Below are positions 60,001 through 64,000 of a stretch of 64,000 nucleotides of DNA, piece after piece. Source of the stretch: Takakia lepidozioides. Taxonomy: Eukaryota > Plantae > Bryophyta. The notes under the pieces are model-generated. The model was given only the letters and a program-made list of their open reading frames with translations. It had not been told where the DNA came from and searched no databases. The stretch covers positions 24,738,001 to 24,802,000 of the forward strand of contig CM060732.1 in assembly GCA_030704615.1 (NCBI GenBank), read 5' to 3'. A program made the position numbers and the translations under genes. The first letter of the stretch is position 1, and each line of letters begins with the position of its first letter.

Positions 60001-63000
60001 GTATCAGGGTAATGAGCAGAGCTTGTAGTGGAAGATATGAACCCTACGATTGCCTCATGTTGAAGGGGACAAGTGTCAGAATGTTGTCACATCACTCTCG
60101 ATGATGTAGTGCACTTAGCACCAAGTGCAGGGAAGGGATCTGTAGTAGTTCCAGATTCTGGCCACTGGGTTCCCTGTGATGGTAGGTCCGCAGATCTCAC
60201 AAGCAGACAAGGTACTGGGAGTGAGAACTGGCTAATAGTCTCTTCTGTAGGTTGGGGTAGTGGATGTATAGCTGGCTGCATCGGCCTTCCAGAGACAGTG
60301 TTGAGCCTTAGACAGTCTGTATTGTGGAGTTGTGAGCATATTACATGGAAGAGGCATGGATCACCATGCCAAGGTAGGATAGATGACCATGCCATTTTCT
60401 TGACCTGTGTGGAAGAATCTGTGGTCATTGAGTGTTGAAGATGAGAGTCTGTCTTATTCAAGTTTATGTGCAGGCCAGATTGCAGTGCAATCTACTTCAG
60501 CAAAGCAAGGTATTCTTGGAGCTGTTGGGGATGATGCCTGAACTGGGTACAGTTGGTGCAGACTTGTGTTAGTTATGAGCTATTAGCATTTCTAGAGAGA
60601 GTAAAAGACTTCAACACTCCCAGAGGATACTGACACTTCCAGAGTGAGCTGTGGGGTTTTTGGCCCAACAGGGTATACGAGACCCAAGCAAAATTGGCTG
60701 TAGTGCACACACACAGCAAATGGAAATCCATTAACAGGATCTGGTGTATTTGTGTCCCTGTGGCATCAGCAACACCATACTTAATTCCTCCTCAAACCTT
60801 TTATTGGAAACAGATGTGACAAATGTGGTTGTCGTTGCACTCCTGTCAGGAGTTTTAGAAAGGCAGAATGAGGGTGGGAGAGATGAATAGTAAAATGTGT
60901 TTTTACTCATTCATGGTCTTGTTGTTCAGCAAATTGCAGTGGCCCAGTGGTCTGGGGCAAACTGAGCATGGCAGCGCTCTGCAGTCATTGGCTGAAGAAA
61001 GTCAATGGGGTTGCCTCGGTGGTAGGCCCCAATGGTGTACCACTCGAGGCAGTGTGTACTATGGACTGTGAAAAAGCTAAGTTGCAGGTATTGGGCACTA
61101 CCAAAGGATTGGTGATTTAGGCCTCTGGGCCCCTGTCCTGTTGAATTTGGCTCTTTGACATAGGCTCTAAGTTATCCTCTCAATTCCATAGTTGGTCTTT
61201 AAGATCTGCCAGGCAGGTCAAGGAAGGTGCAGTAGACTTCAGGAGAAGACAGGGTCGGGAGATTGGTCCGCTATTTATTACATTCTTTTTTGTAGTGATA
61301 CTATACATCAGGGATGACGTGCTTGTTTCTGCAGTATTACACATTCTCCTAGTTCTGTGCGCTCAGATTGGATTTATTGGGATTGCAGCATGCTGACTCG
61401 GCACTCGGGCCCATAATAAAACTGTCATCGACTACCAGGGACACTGACATAAAGAGTGGGGTGCGTATCAAGTTACGTGGGCCATTGATTCTTCAAAATG
61501 TCCTTATTAACATATGTAGTCTTGATGTAGCTGTATCAAGTGGTTGCAGACTGATTTTGTCTACCTGAAATCATCCTGTTGCTCTAGAAGTATGCAGTGC
61601 TTCTAGTTTCCCAGGTGTATTGCACCCTGGTGACTGCTTGATCATGGGGGTGCTCTCTGGGAAAAAATGCAGATGAGATTGAAGGTGCACATTCTAGGTG
61701 GAGAATTAGGACAAAATGTTGTTAAGAGCCAGCCTGCTAATGGAGCTTACTCTAAGCTTTCATCCGTCTTCTCTCACTCACAATCCTTCCGGTAAGCTTT
61801 AACTCATCACTAGAAGTCTAGTCATTTTCCTCTTTCAAGTGACGAAGTCTTTTAGCATTGTTCAGCACAGGCATACCCACACTTTTTAGTCTGTGTGTGT
61901 GTGTCCTCGTTTCTCTTTAAGACTGGCTTTGCTGAGGCTGCTTAATTAGTTTTGGATTGATGGGCAACTTGGCTTATTTGTGTTGCTGTTTTTGTCCAGA
62001 AATTACACAGGCCGTGTCGAGTTTCATTACCTTTACTACCACAATCGATGTGAGAAAACCGAAAGTATGCTACTGCTCCTGGCTGTTCGTTGTGACGCTT
62101 GTGGTTGTGTTCTGGTTCGTCTACAAAGCTTTAGGCTCTATTTTGCAACTGGCATATGACTTAGCTGTCGTCATTGTTGCTTTGCTTGGTTACTGAAGTG
62201 CTAAGATCATTGAAGGTTGTAGTGGCCTTCTATCTGTTGCTTGCTGCGTGCCATGACAGTCAATCTCAGGACTATACAATTTTCCATGCTCTTATATTAG
62301 AGATGCTCCTCCAGGTACTCTGTTATGCTGGTCTGTGTCTGGAACACATTTTCCAGTCAGGAGGATGGAATAGATAATGAGTATTCTTTTGTCATAGTCA
62401 CAGGTCCAGAGTTAAAAACAGTTCCTACTTTTGTGGGGTCGGATGGCAGTAACTGAGGAGTTTTCTTGTCCGTTTTGCTTAGTGGGATGCTCTTCCTTCA
62501 AGGTAACTTCCATGATACTTCAAAACTGGAGAACTCAGCTGAAATTACTGAAGAGAATGCATGGCATGCTTGATGTTCTAGCTAAGCATGTGTATTAGGA
62601 ATGGTCCATGCTTGATAGATAGTGCCTTAAAAGTCCAAAGTGAAAGTCATCTATCTACTATTGCACTTAGGAAATTAAGGTCAAGCTATCAACCAAGATG
62701 GTCTCACATTGATGTACGACAACTAAAATGCTCTACTTTACACATTGTCAGAACGGCTTGCTTAAATCCTAAGCTATAGACTTGGAACTTTGTTCTAACT
62801 TTTCATTTGACATTACACTCTACAGTCCTCTTCTCTCCATTATTAATCAGCAGCTGGCAGGGTGAAGTGGGTAAAATTCAATTTTGCATTCCTGTCTTTA
62901 TACATGACATCATTTCTGACTTCCTTAGGCAATAAATTTGTGCAGGGATTACGATGTCATCTCAACTGTACACATGACCTCTTTAACTTCGAGTATTCGG

Positions 63001-64000
63001 TGGGTCCTTTGTATAATCATTCCTGTTGGGAGGCTAATTATCAAGCATGAGAAGCATTGTCATTATATTATTTTAGAGCCTTTACAAACATTGGAAGATG
63101 GGAACTGCGGCTTGGCCTGGGGTCTATCGCCACAATAGGCTCTATTACTGCACCATGTTTGATACCAGGTTGCCGCATTTCTAGCACAGTCATATGCAGG
63201 GGCATTTCAAATCCAATTTTCTACCATGAGAGGTCTAGTGACACTTTCTTTGGAAGTTGCCATAGTAATGCCACATTTTTTAGACACCGACACCAAGCCT
63301 TCCTTAGGGCTGGCACATTTTGGTTTGGACAAGACAGGATTGGTGGATCTCTAATGCTCCATCGTGATGGGTCTGCGTCACGGGTCTGCGTCACTCTAGT
63401 GCATTTGGATACCTCATTCTGTTTGATGCAATAAAATTTAATGTGTGATGGTGCTTTGTTTGGTGACTCCTCAAACTGGCAGCCAACAGCAGATGTTCAA
63501 GTTGTGAATGTGACTTGTCGGACAGACTTGCTAGGGCCAGAGGTGAGGTTGCTCTTTGCTGGTTCAACCCATGTGGGAAGGGTGTTTAAATAACAAAAGG
63601 CATCAAACTACAAAGATACTGCCAGCCACCCTGGCTTTGAATGCGTCTCCAGTTCTTGTTCTATAGATGGCCTATGACTGTGTTAGTTCTCACTTCTAGG
63701 TCCCTGAGGATCACTGGTGGTAAGAATGGCGAGTTTTGTTACCATGATGTACAATACTTGCATGGCTGACCTTCAAGTCCCTGTACGATCTAGGTTGTGT
63801 GATTGGTGAGTGAGTGGTGCTAGTCATCCTTATTAATCCAGCTTCGTCTGACATCAGGGAAGCCTTCGGGATTTGGAGGCTGATTTACGGACCAGAAACT
63901 GGATGTTTTGGTGAGTACAAAAGGTCTCTAAATGTGGAAAGAAGGTTTTTATGTTTAGTACTAGCTTCTAGCCAGCAGGTACTGGTTTTTCACTCCTTCG
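57053..64000 (+). CDS. EMF2: Polycomb PRC2 Su(z)12-family protein EMF2/VRN2-like (3' partial, continues beyond the window)
   Basis: AAAKSLALYCKPVELYNII..|PVFLQRCLNYKI; ..FHYLYYHNRCEKTE|.TEEFSCPFCLVGCSSFK|GLRCHLNCTHDLFNFEY (C2H2 finger); |PTADVQVVNVTC. GT-AG junctions. Confidence 0.92.
59600..60600 (-). mobile_element. Decayed LINE related to family A in an EMF2 intron (5' limit uncertain)
   Basis: Minus-strand 3' end GGGGTCAATGGCCGTAAAGGTATGGCAAGCCAACGT...ATGAGTACCTTCTTTCTC resembles the family-A terminus. Upstream frames give a broken HIFHYKLCSLP..YMVCSSPSEKIH, resembling KFKLRAGSLP..CPLCGQSEDSIH. Confidence 0.55.

Overview
Eukaryotic, intron-rich land-plant nuclear DNA. A seed-free plant, probably a bryophyte, is inferred from gene style and repeat content; this is not proven. 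Host genes in order: 3' end of a PPR-DYW RNA-editing factor (+), Tubby-like F-box protein (-), golgin CASP (-), PARP3 (-), YqaJ-type PD-(D/E)xK nuclease (+), SPT4 (-), a possible two-exon orphan (-), CYP704B (-), and the 5' part of the PRC2 VEFS-family gene EMF2 (+). Between CYP704B and EMF2 lies a TE block: a decayed L1 LINE split by two inverted copies of a non-autonomous DNA transposon (GGG...CCC ends, 4-bp TSDs, Sola-like), short satellites, and a head-to-tail Helitron array. The most striking structure is an RTE-X-like LINE family ('family A'). It has almost no 3' UTR and no poly(A), and every readable 3' junction begins with TCT in (TC)-rich intronic DNA. It re-inserts into its own duplicated target, building ordered tandem arrays. 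Two such arrays in opposite orientation bracket an in-frame 129-nt CASP exon. Exon boundaries were read by eye and may be off by a few bases.
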